From assembly GCA_964364855.1 (NCBI GenBank), contig CAYINU010000004.1, positions 1-45,874 on the forward strand: a DNA stretch of 45,874 nt. The letters are read 5' to 3'. Positions 36,900 to 45,874 of this stretch are shown here, piece after piece. This DNA comes from an uncultured Candidatus Marinamargulisbacteria bacterium (GTDB lineage Bacteria > Margulisbacteria > Marinamargulisbacteria > CAYINU01). The notes beneath the pieces are model-generated. The model did no database searches. It was not told where the DNA came from and worked only from the letters and a program-made list of their open reading frames with translations. Made by a program: the position numbers and the translations under genes. How positions within the stretch are numbered: position 1 is the stretch's first letter; every line of letters begins with the position of its first letter.

Positions 36900-37463
36900 A
36901 TGGATCGTGTTGTGAATGAGTTTGATTGGATCTTAAACGACGAGTCCGACCAGCTACCCCAAAAAGTGGCTGTTGCGGTGGCTGACGCTATTGCCAAAAA
37001 GCAAATGCGTGTTGCGTCCTGCGAAGGCGTCAGCGGTGGGTTGGTGGCTGCCGTGCTGCAAAGCTTCGGCGCAACCCGCCCGTTTTATGTCGGCGGCTGT
37101 ATCTGTCCGAGCTTGGGTAGCTTGAGCAAGGTACTGGGCATGGACGCCAAAACCCTGTCGTTATACGGGGTGTCCGAAACCACGGCAGCAGACATCCTAC
37201 GCAGCTTTCGCAAGTGGATCAGCGCCGACATCTATGTCGCCAACCTGGGCATCGTGCCCACCGAAAGCCCCCTGCCCCGCACAGACAACGCCGGGACTGT
37301 TTTTTTGATGTTGGATGTGACTGGCCGCACGACCATCAAACGATTCCAGTGGGCCGGCGATGTTGCAGACCTCCAATCCAAAGCGACCCTATCTACCTTT
37401 CACTATCTACAACAGCATCTTTGCTCAGACCAACTTAACGAAAAGGAGTTCGAAAATGGATGA
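36900..37463 (+). CDS. CinA C-terminal / PncC-like protein, degenerate
   Basis: [13 protein letters not shown] (cf. AESCTGG), [23 protein letters not shown]; located immediately upstream of recA, like cinA. Confidence 0.7.
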   Translation: MDRVVNEFDWILNDESDQLPQKVAVAVADAIAKKQMRVASCEGVSGGLVAAVLQSFGATRPFYVGGCICPSLGSLSKVLGMDAKTLSLYGVSETTAADILRSFRKWISADIYVANLGIVPTESPLPRTDNAGTVFLMLDVTGRTTIKRFQWAGDVADLQSKATLSTFHYLQQHLCSDQLNEKEFENG

Positions 37464-38496
37464 AAAAAAATCAAAAGCACTAGAATTTACCCTCAGCCAA
37501 ATTGAAAAAGCCCATGGCAAGGGGGCCATTATGACCTTGGGCGGCAGCGACAGATTGCGCTGCCAAACCATATCGTCGGGGGCGTTGTCCTTAGACATCG
37601 CCCTGGGTGTGGGCGGATATCCCCGTGGACGCCTAATTGAAATCTTCGGGCCGGAATCCTCGGGCAAGACCACCCTGTGTTTACATGCCGTCGCAGAAGC
37701 CCAAAAGCTAGGCGGAGTTTGTGCCTTTATTGACGCCGAGCATGCCTTAGATGCATCCTACGCACGAAAAATTGGGATTAACCTGGATAGCCTGCTCGTC
37801 GCACAGCCGGACTACGGCGAACAGGCTCTCGAAATTGTGGAAAGCCTGGTCCGCTCAGGTGCCATCGATGTGATCATCATCGATTCGGTGGCCGCGTTGG
37901 TCCCCAAGGCCGAGATCGAAGGCGAGATGGGTGACGCTCAGATGGGCATGCAGGCCAGACTGATGTCTCAGGCCCTGCGCAAGCTCACCGCCATTGTTTC
38001 CAAGTCCAATACCATCGTGATTTTTGTTAACCAAATCCGTGAAAAAATCGGGGTAATGTTCGGCAATCCCGAAACCACGCCCGGTGGCCGTGCATTAAAG
38101 TTTTTTTCCTCGATGAGGATCGATATCCGCAAGGTGGATGCCGTAAAATCGGGCGTGGACATCATCGGTTCCAAAGTGAAGGTCAAAGTCGTGAAAAACA
38201 AAGTGGCACCCCCATTCCGCTTTACGCAATTTGACATCATTTTCGGCAAAGGCATTTCCTGGGAAGGCGATTTGTTGGATTTGGGCGTGGCCATGGGCCT
38301 GGTTGAAAAAAGCGGAACCTGGTTTTCTTTTCAATCCGAACGGTTGGGCCAAGGCCGAGAAGCAGCCAAGGTTGCCATCGGTGAAAACAGCAAAATTCGG
38401 GAAGCCCTGGAAAAAATGATTCGTGAAAAATTTGATGTGACCGGCGAAGGCATTTCGACAGCCGAGGCCGTGACCACTGCCGCAGGAGAGGAGTAA
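37456..38496 (+). CDS. recA: recombinase A, 346 aa
   Basis: [43 protein letters not shown]. Start re-called to ATG 37456 after AAGGAG. Confidence 0.98.
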   Translation: MDEKKSKALEFTLSQIEKAHGKGAIMTLGGSDRLRCQTISSGALSLDIALGVGGYPRGRLIEIFGPESSGKTTLCLHAVAEAQKLGGVCAFIDAEHALDASYARKIGINLDSLLVAQPDYGEQALEIVESLVRSGAIDVIIIDSVAALVPKAEIEGEMGDAQMGMQARLMSQALRKLTAIVSKSNTIVIFVNQIREKIGVMFGNPETTPGGRALKFFSSMRIDIRKVDAVKSGVDIIGSKVKVKVVKNKVAPPFRFTQFDIIFGKGISWEGDLLDLGVAMGLVEKSGTWFSFQSERLGQGREAAKVAIGENSKIREALEKMIREKFDVTGEGISTAEAVTTAAGEE

Positions 38497-38499
38497 AAC

Positions 38500-40032
38500 G
38501 TGAACACCCTGATTATCCTATTGGGAACCGTGGCCATCGTGTCTGCCGTTGCCGTTTTCTTGTACAAGCGCTATCAGTCCAATCAACTGATCAGCAACGC
38601 CAAACACGAAGCGGGCCGCCTGGTAACGGACGCAGACCGCCAATCCAAGGACATCCTATCCAAGGCCGACAAAGAAGCCCAACGTCTGGTTGCGCAGACC
38701 AAACGAAATATCGAAGAAGAATCGCGAAAACGACAGGAAGCCGCACGTCAGTTTGAAAATCGCCTGATGCAAAAAGAAAAGCACATTGATGAGCGGGAAG
38801 GCCATATCACACAACGCGAAGCCCAGCTCGAAGAAGAACACGAAAAGGTAAAGGCCATTAAGAAAAAAGAAGAAGCCTTTGTAAACGAACTGCTGTTTGC
38901 ACTGGAAAAACTGGCGGGTTTCACCCGTGAGGAAGCCGAAAAAACCCTTTTCAAGTTGGTCGAACGTGACGCCCGTCAGCGTGCGGGGAAAATGATCAAG
39001 GAAATGGAAGACCAGGCCAGAAAGATCGCCAACCGAAAAGCAAAAGAAATCGTAACGGACGCCATTCAACGTACCGCCGTTAACCACATCGTGCCGGCTA
39101 CGACCTCCGCGGTCCACCTGCCCGACGATGAGATGAAAGGCCGGATTATCGGTCGCGAAGGTCGCAACATCCGTGCATTTGAAGCCGTCACCGGAGTTGA
39201 CATTATCATCGACGACACACCCGGAACCGTGATTTTGTCCTGCTTTGATCCGATTCGACGGGAAGTAGCGCGTCTAACTCTGGAAAAGTTGGTGCAAGAC
39301 GGCCGCATCCATCCGGCCCGTATCGAAGAAGCCGTGGAAAAGTCCAAAGAGGAATTGCACCAAACCGTCATCGAACGCGGAGAAGCTGCCGCCGACGAAG
39401 TGGGCCTGCAATTCCACCCCAAGATGATTGAGCTTCTGGGCAAGCTGTACTACCGCACCAGTTATGGTCAAAACGTTCTGGCGCATGCACTAGAAGCCGC
39501 TCACATCGCCGGCATTATGGCCGAACAGCTGGGCGTCAACGTAAGCTTGGCCAAACGGGGCGCCTTGTTGCATGACATCGGAAAAGCCCTCGACTTCGAT
39601 CATGCCGGCACCCATACCCAGCTGGGTGAAGAAGTCTGTCGCAAATATGGGGAGTCCGAGGAAGTTATCAACTGTATCAACGCGCACCACGAAGACGAAG
39701 AACCCGATACCATCGAAGCCATCTTGGTCACGGTTGCCGACGCACTGTCATCCAGCCGCCCGGGCGCCCGGCGCGAATCCGTAGAAACCTACATCAAGCG
39801 GATTGAAAAACTGGAAAAAACAGCCAAATCCTTCGAAGGCGTCGACACGGCCTATGCCATCCAGGCTGGCCGCGAAATCCGCGTCATGGTCAGGCCCGAT
39901 GTCGTGGATGATCCGGGCGCACACAAATTGGCGATGGATATCGCCAAAAAGATCGAGACTGAAATGGATTACCCGGGCGAGGTCAAAGTATCCGTTATCC
40001 GCGAAACCCGCGCGGTAAGCACAGCCCATTAA
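38500..40032 (+). CDS. rny: ribonuclease Y
   Basis: N-terminal TM, coiled coil, KH domain (KGRIIGREGRNIR), HD domain (LLHDIGK), ADALSSSRPGAR, AIQAGREIRV. Confidence 0.97.
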   Translation: MNTLIILLGTVAIVSAVAVFLYKRYQSNQLISNAKHEAGRLVTDADRQSKDILSKADKEAQRLVAQTKRNIEEESRKRQEAARQFENRLMQKEKHIDEREGHITQREAQLEEEHEKVKAIKKKEEAFVNELLFALEKLAGFTREEAEKTLFKLVERDARQRAGKMIKEMEDQARKIANRKAKEIVTDAIQRTAVNHIVPATTSAVHLPDDEMKGRIIGREGRNIRAFEAVTGVDIIIDDTPGTVILSCFDPIRREVARLTLEKLVQDGRIHPARIEEAVEKSKEELHQTVIERGEAAADEVGLQFHPKMIELLGKLYYRTSYGQNVLAHALEAAHIAGIMAEQLGVNVSLAKRGALLHDIGKALDFDHAGTHTQLGEEVCRKYGESEEVINCINAHHEDEEPDTIEAILVTVADALSSSRPGARRESVETYIKRIEKLEKTAKSFEGVDTAYAIQAGREIRVMVRPDVVDDPGAHKLAMDIAKKIETEMDYPGEVKVSVIRETRAVSTAH

Positions 40033-40035
40033 GGT

Positions 40036-40833
40036 ATGAGCGGCACAGCCCGCATTTTGTGCGTCGGCGACATCGTCGGCAAGCCGGGCCGGCAAACCCT
40101 TTATGGGCATTTGCCGGCCATCCAGAAGCAGTTCAATGTCGACTTTACAGTGGTCAATGTAGAAAACAGCGCCGCTGGCTTTGGCATCACTCCTGCGCTG
40201 TATCATGAGATCGATAGCAAAGCCCACATAGATGCCATGACCCTGGGCAATCATTTTCCGGACAAAAAAGAGCTATTACCAGAAATGGACAAACTGCCAC
40301 GACTGCTGCGTCCCGTTAACCTACCGCCCGGCACCCCCGGAGTAGGGTATCGGATTTTCGAAAGTTCCGTAGGACCCATCGCCGTGGTCAATGCCATTGG
40401 GCGGGTGTTTATGGGCTTGTCGGATTGCCCCTTTCAATGGTTCCAAAACCATATTGAGGTCCTCCGAAAAAAAGCAGCTATCGTTTTGGTCGATTTTCAT
40501 GGTGAAGCCACCTCGGAAAAACTGGCGATGGGATGGTATATGGACGGGAAAGTCACCGCGGTTTGGGGGACCCACACCCACGTACAGACCGCAGACGAGC
40601 AAATTCTGCCCCAAGGTACGGCCTACATAACCGATATCGGTATGGTGGGGCCAAAACTAGGCATCATCGGCATGAAGCGCCAGCCCATTATCAAACGTTT
40701 TTTTGATCAGCTACCTGTTCGGATGGAGCCTGAAGATAAGGGGGCTTGTGTGTTTAACGCAATAGTGATCGAGGCCGATACCCAATCAGGCCAGGCCTTA
40801 CAAATCGCACGCATTTTTGAGACCTATGCGTAA
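40036..40833 (+). CDS. ymdB: YmdB family metallophosphoesterase
   Basis: GDIVGKPG, NVEN, TLGNH, DFHGEATSEK, GTHTHVQTAD; directly after rny. Confidence 0.93.
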   Translation: MSGTARILCVGDIVGKPGRQTLYGHLPAIQKQFNVDFTVVNVENSAAGFGITPALYHEIDSKAHIDAMTLGNHFPDKKELLPEMDKLPRLLRPVNLPPGTPGVGYRIFESSVGPIAVVNAIGRVFMGLSDCPFQWFQNHIEVLRKKAAIVLVDFHGEATSEKLAMGWYMDGKVTAVWGTHTHVQTADEQILPQGTAYITDIGMVGPKLGIIGMKRQPIIKRFFDQLPVRMEPEDKGACVFNAIVIEADTQSGQALQIARIFETYA

Positions 40834-41557
40834 AACACCGGCCAAACGATGCGTCATCGTGTCAGACAGCGGCCAAGGATCACCGCCGTGGCTACCGGTG
40901 ACCCCAGGTTGGAATTTCGAGTGGCATACCTCGTTGGATAGACCGCAGCGTCCGCTTCCGGATGTCGTCATGGTCGAGCTGGAAGCCCTCAACACCGCTC
41001 GGTTTAAGCGCGCTTGGGAACCCATGCTGACGGCCAAATATATCCCAACGCTGTGGATTGGCAATCCGGATGATCATTTGGCCGGCCAGCAAGTCGGTTA
41101 TTGCTACTGCTTTTCGGATGTGACGCCTGCAGCACTCGTCGAAAGTCAGCTGAACCATTTTGTAGACCTTGCTGATAGTCAAAAGGCTTGGGACGACATT
41201 AGGCTGGCCAAACAACGAAAAATTCGTCAATGGCGCCGCCAATTCAAGGCCCTTCTGACACAAAAAGAAAACGCCCTACAAAGCGCCATCAATGACTTTT
41301 TAACGACCAACTTTGATCCCGTCATCAATCAGATAAATGAACAGATCATACAGTTGCATGAGAATCGGGCGGAAATCCCCCGGAGGTTCCGGGAGTTGTT
41401 ATCGACCATGCGTCACTGCGGCCAGCGCTTGGCAGACCTATTGATCCTGATTCGGGACATCCAAAAGGGCGTAGTCGAGGAGTACGGCTTCGGAGAAGAA
41501 TATGTTAACCTAAATAAGGCACACTTTAGCGATGGACTCCCACCACAAAATTTATGA
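40826..41557 (+). CDS. hypothetical protein, possible degenerate receiver-like N-terminus + coiled coil
   Basis: CVIVSD...PDVVMVEL...IPTLWIG loosely follows receiver strand order; helical C-terminal half; ATGA overlap with lptB. Start ATG 40826 (track uses TTG 40817). Confidence 0.6.
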   Translation: MRKTPAKRCVIVSDSGQGSPPWLPVTPGWNFEWHTSLDRPQRPLPDVVMVELEALNTARFKRAWEPMLTAKYIPTLWIGNPDDHLAGQQVGYCYCFSDVTPAALVESQLNHFVDLADSQKAWDDIRLAKQRKIRQWRRQFKALLTQKENALQSAINDFLTTNFDPVINQINEQIIQLHENRAEIPRRFRELLSTMRHCGQRLADLLILIRDIQKGVVEEYGFGEEYVNLNKAHFSDGLPPQNL

Positions 41558-42273
41558 TACAAGCCAAAAATTTAGTTAAAAGCTACAAGGGTCGCCGTGT
41601 CGTGGACGGGATTTCGCTGGAAATGAACCGGGGAGAAATTGTGGGTCTTTTGGGGCCGAACGGTGCCGGCAAAACCACCACATTTTATATGATCGTGGGT
41701 CTGGTTCGTCCTCAAGAAGGCCATGTTTTTTTGGACAATGCCGAAGTCACTGGCCTGCCGATGCACAAACGTGCGCGATTGGGTTTGGGGTATCTGCCGC
41801 AAGAACCGTCTATTTTCAAAAAGCTCACCGTCGAGGAAAACATCACGATCCTGTGGGAAATATTAAAAACCATTCCTCGCTCCCAATATGACGCCAAGCT
41901 GGCGGAACTCCTGGGTGAGATGGGATTGACGGCCTTGCGAAAATCCAAGGGATACGAACTATCCGGTGGTGAGAAAAGACGGGTCGAAATCGTGAGGGCC
42001 TTAGCAGTGAACCCCTCCTTTATTTTGCTAGACGAACCCTTTGCGGGTATTGACCCCATCGCGGTGTCGGAAATCCAAAACATTATCCGGTCCCTTAAGC
42101 AACGCAACCTCGGCATCATTATTACGGACCACAATGTGCGAGAAACGCTGTCCATCACGGATCGCGCTTATATTGTTCACGAAGGTAAAATTCTCCTATC
42201 CGGTCCTTCAGATCAAATTGCCGACGACCCCGTAGCCCGGAAGTTTTATCTCGGCGACAAATTCAGGATGTAG
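41554..42273 (+). CDS. lptB: LPS export ABC transporter ATP-binding protein
   Basis: GLLGPNGAGKTT, YLPQEPSIF, LSGGEKRRVEI, LLDEPFAGIDP, ITDHNVRETL. Confidence 0.95.
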   Translation: MIQAKNLVKSYKGRRVVDGISLEMNRGEIVGLLGPNGAGKTTTFYMIVGLVRPQEGHVFLDNAEVTGLPMHKRARLGLGYLPQEPSIFKKLTVEENITILWEILKTIPRSQYDAKLAELLGEMGLTALRKSKGYELSGGEKRRVEIVRALAVNPSFILLDEPFAGIDPIAVSEIQNIIRSLKQRNLGIIITDHNVRETLSITDRAYIVHEGKILLSGPSDQIADDPVARKFYLGDKFRM

Positions 42274-42276
42274 CCC

Positions 42277-43377
42277 ATGCTCAAGCTACTGGATCGCTAT
42301 ATCATGCTGGAACTGGTGGGGCCGTTTTTCTATGGCCTTGCAGCGTTTAGCTGCATTATGACGGGCAGCACCATCTTGTTCGGCCTCGTTGGGACATCTG
42401 TCAAATATGGCATCCCCTTGCTGACCACGCTTCAGATTTTGGCCTATCGCTTTCCCGCTGTGCTGGTGTTTACCTTCCCGATGTCGATGCTGTTAGCCAG
42501 CATTATGGCGATGGGCCGTCTGAGCGGCGATCAAGAAATCACAGCACTGAAAGCCAGCGGGATCGGCGTGTCCCGCATTTTGTTGCCTGTGGTGGCCATG
42601 GGACTGTCCGTCAGCTTGCTGACGATCGCGTTTAACGAAATTATCGTTCCTAGGGCTTCCAGTCACGCTGAAACCATCCTGCAAAATTTCATTTCGCAGG
42701 AAAAACCACAGATCCAACAAAACGTAAATCTGACCACCTACACACCGGACGGCGCACCATTGCGCATCATCAACGTTCAAAATGCCGACCAAGGCCAACT
42801 AAAAGGAATCACTGTGGCCGAATTCGAAGATACACAGCTTGCCCGCATCATTCGCGCGCAATCCGGACACTGGGACAGTGCCGGCAAATGGGCCCTTCAA
42901 GATGGCATTATGCATTATTTCCCTCCCAAAGATCCGCTTCGCTTAACCGTTATCGAATTTAAAAAAGAGGATATTTACCTCAATATCTCCCCGGCAGACC
43001 TCACCAAGCGGGAAAAGACCCTAGAAGAATTAAATAGCGCTGAGCTCAGGGGCCGTATCACACAACGCCGGATAACAGGACAGGACACCACCTCGGATGA
43101 AGTTCATTTTCAGCTGAAATTCTCGGTCCCCTTTGCGAGTCTCATCTTTTCTGTTTTGGGGGCCTGTGTCGGCATACGTCCGGCACGCAGCACATCGTCT
43201 ATCGGATTTGGACTCAGTTTATTGATCATCATCATCTATTATATTTTGGTGTCCGTCGGAATGGGGTTGGCCTTGGCCCATCTGTTGTCCCCGTTTTGGT
43301 CGGCGTGGTTGCCGAATATCTTGATTAGCCTGGGCGGTTTGGTGTTGTTTCGGCGGGTGATTAATGGATTTGCGTAA
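42277..43377 (+). CDS. LptF/LptG family LPS export permease
   Basis: LLDRYI, GRLSGDQEITALKASGIG, 3 TM + periplasmic domain + 3 TM, AWLPNI; adjacent to lptB. Confidence 0.92.
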   Translation: MLKLLDRYIMLELVGPFFYGLAAFSCIMTGSTILFGLVGTSVKYGIPLLTTLQILAYRFPAVLVFTFPMSMLLASIMAMGRLSGDQEITALKASGIGVSRILLPVVAMGLSVSLLTIAFNEIIVPRASSHAETILQNFISQEKPQIQQNVNLTTYTPDGAPLRIINVQNADQGQLKGITVAEFEDTQLARIIRAQSGHWDSAGKWALQDGIMHYFPPKDPLRLTVIEFKKEDIYLNISPADLTKREKTLEELNSAELRGRITQRRITGQDTTSDEVHFQLKFSVPFASLIFSVLGACVGIRPARSTSSIGFGLSLLIIIIYYILVSVGMGLALAHLLSPFWSAWLPNILISLGGLVLFRRVINGFA

Positions 43378-43407
43378 CGAGGGGCTTCTGATTTACAATC
43401 CTAGGAT

Positions 43408-43806
43408 ATGACAAGTCCCCAAAAAACCATATTGGTTATCGATGATGATCGGTCTATCTTGTCGGTTTTTGAATTTGTTCTTGAACAAAATCGCTATCAA
43501 GTCATTACGGCTTCGGATGCGGAGTCCGGTTTGAGTCTGTTAAACGAAAATCCCCACATCGACCTCATTTTTCTGGATGTCAAAATGCCTGGCATGTCGG
43601 GTATCGAGGCCTTCAAAGAAATCCAAAAAACACGTCCCGATCTATTGGTCGTGATGATGACGGGCTATAGCGTCGATGAATTGCTAAGAGAAGCATTCGA
43701 ATTGGGGGCTCACGGCGTGATCTACAAGCCATTTGATGTCGAGGAAATCGTGTCCGTCGTGGACAAGATTTTCAAACTGCCGTCCCCTATCGAATCTCTC
43801 TCCTGA
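43408..43806 (+). CDS. single-domain response regulator (receiver)
   Basis: ILVIDDD, IFLDVKMPGMSG, MMTGY, YKPF. Confidence 0.93.
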   Translation: MTSPQKTILVIDDDRSILSVFEFVLEQNRYQVITASDAESGLSLLNENPHIDLIFLDVKMPGMSGIEAFKEIQKTRPDLLVVMMTGYSVDELLREAFELGAHGVIYKPFDVEEIVSVVDKIFKLPSPIESLS

Positions 43807-43810
43807 TGCC

Positions 43811-45874
43811 GTGGCTCGCGTAGCCGACATTTCAGGATCCTACCTTTCCAAAAAACAGCGCCAGAACTTGGTCCGCGACCTTTTTTTGGTCACAACCCAT
43901 GAGCCCGACAAGGCCAAACTTCTTGAACACCTTTTTTTGACGCTCAATACATACAGCGGATGTCACCACGTGAACATCTATCGCACCGAGCTAGGATCAC
44001 TGGTGTGGGCTGCCGGCACAGAACCCGCAGCCCCCATCAGCCAGGCGGACTTTGACTATCTGCAAACGCACTGCCACACCAATCCTCCGCAGGCAAAGGC
44101 ATGCCATTTTTTGATTCTCAGCCGAAAAAACGAACCCCACCTGGACCCCTATCAGTTACAAGCCGATGAAAAACGGTTCGCCACCTCATGTGACCAAGTG
44201 TTGTGGCTATTCTTATTGGGTACTCAGCGCGACGTCTTGGCAGCGGCCGTGCTACACCAATGGGGAGCAACTCCTTCCCTGGCCGACATGCCCGAATTGG
44301 CGGAACGGCTTCAAGATATGGATACCATTGCATCAACTTACGCAATGGCCCTGTCCGCCAACCGCAGCGCGGAGGCCATTATCGAATCCCTGCTCCTTAA
44401 TAAACGTGACCTCGATGAAAAAACGGGCCGTGAACAAGTGGCCCTCACTCACCGCGTTTTGGAGCACCAACTGCTATACGACGCTGCCAACAGCTTTGCC
44501 CGTACGCAAAGCATCGAGAGCATGGTGGATCAACTCATTACCGATTTACATAAGATGATGAAGGTCGATGCATGCGGTGTTTTGATTTTAAAGACAGAAC
44601 CGCAGGAAACCAGCCAGTTGCATATTCGCTTGTATAGCCCAAAATCCGAGGGTTGGGTAAGTTCTCTGGAAAAGCATACCCGCGCCACCATTCGCGCCTT
44701 TGTGCCCAAAAGCCAAACTGCAATTAAGAACCTGAGGGTGACACCGGTTTCACAATTTGCACCGGAAACCATGGATAGCGACGGCATCCTACGGTCGTTT
44801 TATAGCGTTCCGATCGGCTTTAGAGGTCACGTGTTGGGCTTGGTCACCATCTGCAGCATGACCGCCAATGCCTTTGGCCGTCATGAGGCGACCTTTATAC
44901 ATACCATCACCCATCTACTGTCCGCCCATTTGGGCCATATCAAACAGGTCACTCCGGTCGGAAAATCGGTTTTGGCCGAGATGGTTAATAGCATGACTGA
45001 GGGGGTTATTTTGCTGGACAAGGATATCCAGATCGACCTGATCAATCCTGCAGCCCTGAAAATGCTGGGACTGGGCACCGTGGGTCCAACAAGCAACGCC
45101 TTAATTTTAAATGCCCTGGAACGTCACCGGGTCCTGGACTTAATTTACCAGGTGATCTATTCGGGTAAAGCCGTTTTGGAGCAAGATATTATTTCCACAG
45201 TCACCATCCTAAGTGCCAATGTAACTCCCGTCCTAGATGACACGCAAACCCGTACCGGGACCGTTGTCGTCCTGCGCAACACAACTGACCTTCATCGAAT
45301 CAATCGCATTAATACGCAGCGCCTGGAAGTCATTTCCAAGGTCAACCATATTGTGGGATCCATTTCGGATCTGGATAAGTTATTGGAACTGCTGCTGAAA
45401 TTCATCATAGATATTGCCCAGGCCAAAATGGGTTCCGTGCAATTGGTGGTGGGGAAGCGCCTGGTCACACGGTCGCATTTTAACTTCCCCGACAAAATAC
45501 GAGGCACCTTCCGGCTCAAGACGGGGGAAACCATTGCCGAATATGTCCGCAAAACGCGACAACTTTGCCACATTACGGCCTACCACAAAAACCCGTCGGT
45601 GATGTCCGCACCCAAGCTCGTGCTGGAAAGCTACATCTGCATGCCTATTTTGGCCGGCAACCGGTTATTGGGAATTTTTAACATTGTCAGGCCGTTAGCG
45701 GATACTTCCTCAGCCCTGACCAACGACGATATCGAAACCTTGTCCACCATAACCGCATTGTCAGGCACCGCCATTCACAACGCCATTTTGTACCAAGAAA
45801 CATTAAAAAAGCAAAAAATGGACCAGGAGATGCAACTGGCTCTGGAAATCCAGGGGCGGCTGCTGTCCCAAACG
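43811..45874 (+). CDS. GAF/PAS/GAF sensor, probably RsbU/SpoIIE-type PP2C phosphatase, partial (runs off right edge)
   Basis: Absent from the track. Frame read from GTG 43811 is in phase with the edge (688 codons). GAF (SFYSVPIGFRGHVLGLV), PAS (MVNSMTEGVILLDKDIQIDLINPAA), GAF (SYICMPILAGNRLLGIF), ending AIHNAILYQETLKKQKMDQEMQLALEIQGRLL, the typical lead-in to a SpoIIE domain. Confidence 0.85.
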   Translation, partial: MARVADISGSYLSKKQRQNLVRDLFLVTTHEPDKAKLLEHLFLTLNTYSGCHHVNIYRTELGSLVWAAGTEPAAPISQADFDYLQTHCHTNPPQAKACHFLILSRKNEPHLDPYQLQADEKRFATSCDQVLWLFLLGTQRDVLAAAVLHQWGATPSLADMPELAERLQDMDTIASTYAMALSANRSAEAIIESLLLNKRDLDEKTGREQVALTHRVLEHQLLYDAANSFARTQSIESMVDQLITDLHKMMKVDACGVLILKTEPQETSQLHIRLYSPKSEGWVSSLEKHTRATIRAFVPKSQTAIKNLRVTPVSQFAPETMDSDGILRSFYSVPIGFRGHVLGLVTICSMTANAFGRHEATFIHTITHLLSAHLGHIKQVTPVGKSVLAEMVNSMTEGVILLDKDIQIDLINPAALKMLGLGTVGPTSNALILNALERHRVLDLIYQVIYSGKAVLEQDIISTVTILSANVTPVLDDTQTRTGTVVVLRNTTDLHRINRINTQRLEVISKVNHIVGSISDLDKLLELLLKFIIDIAQAKMGSVQLVVGKRLVTRSHFNFPDKIRGTFRLKTGETIAEYVRKTRQLCHITAYHKNPSVMSAPKLVLESYICMPILAGNRLLGIFNIVRPLADTSSALTNDDIETLSTITALSGTAIHNAILYQETLKKQKMDQEMQLALEIQGRLLSQT

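Noticed and set aside
1-45874. tRNA/rRNA, CRISPR array, integrase/transposase, prophage
   Set aside because: Coding density is very high with short intergenic gaps; none recognised by eye. No covariance-model search was possible.

Overview
The window has two divergent halves. Left (1 to ~34.0 kb): about 20 tightly coupled minus-strand genes. They include two small helical proteins with strong RBSs, a ~930-aa protein whose natural ATG is 1 nt out of frame at a G9 homopolymer, a GT2-TPR glycosyltransferase, a divergent FlgE/FlgG-type hook/rod protein, a radical SAM/SPASM protein lacking CxxxCxxC, an APH-type kinase, a 1057-aa coiled-coil protein and several small single-TM proteins. The centrepiece is a 5094-aa giant: an N-terminal transglutaminase-like Cys protease, five ~200-245-aa repeats carrying hydrophobic hairpins, then ~3400 aa of unassigned sequence. 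A shared sigma-28-like motif (TGCAWS-N14/15-TGMCGAT) lies upstream of three genes. Working hypothesis (inference, no searches run): a flagellum-derived, injectisome-like contact/secretion system. No export-gate or ATPase genes are present in the window. Right (34.1-45.9 kb, plus strand): housekeeping genes (Gfo/Idh/MocA oxidoreductase, metK, cinA-like, recA, rny, ymdB, lptB, LptF/G, a receiver protein and a partial GAF/PAS RsbU-like protein). This gene order suggests a diderm Terrabacteria lineage, e.g. Margulisbacteria-like (inference). No rRNA, tRNA, CRISPR or transposase was recognised.
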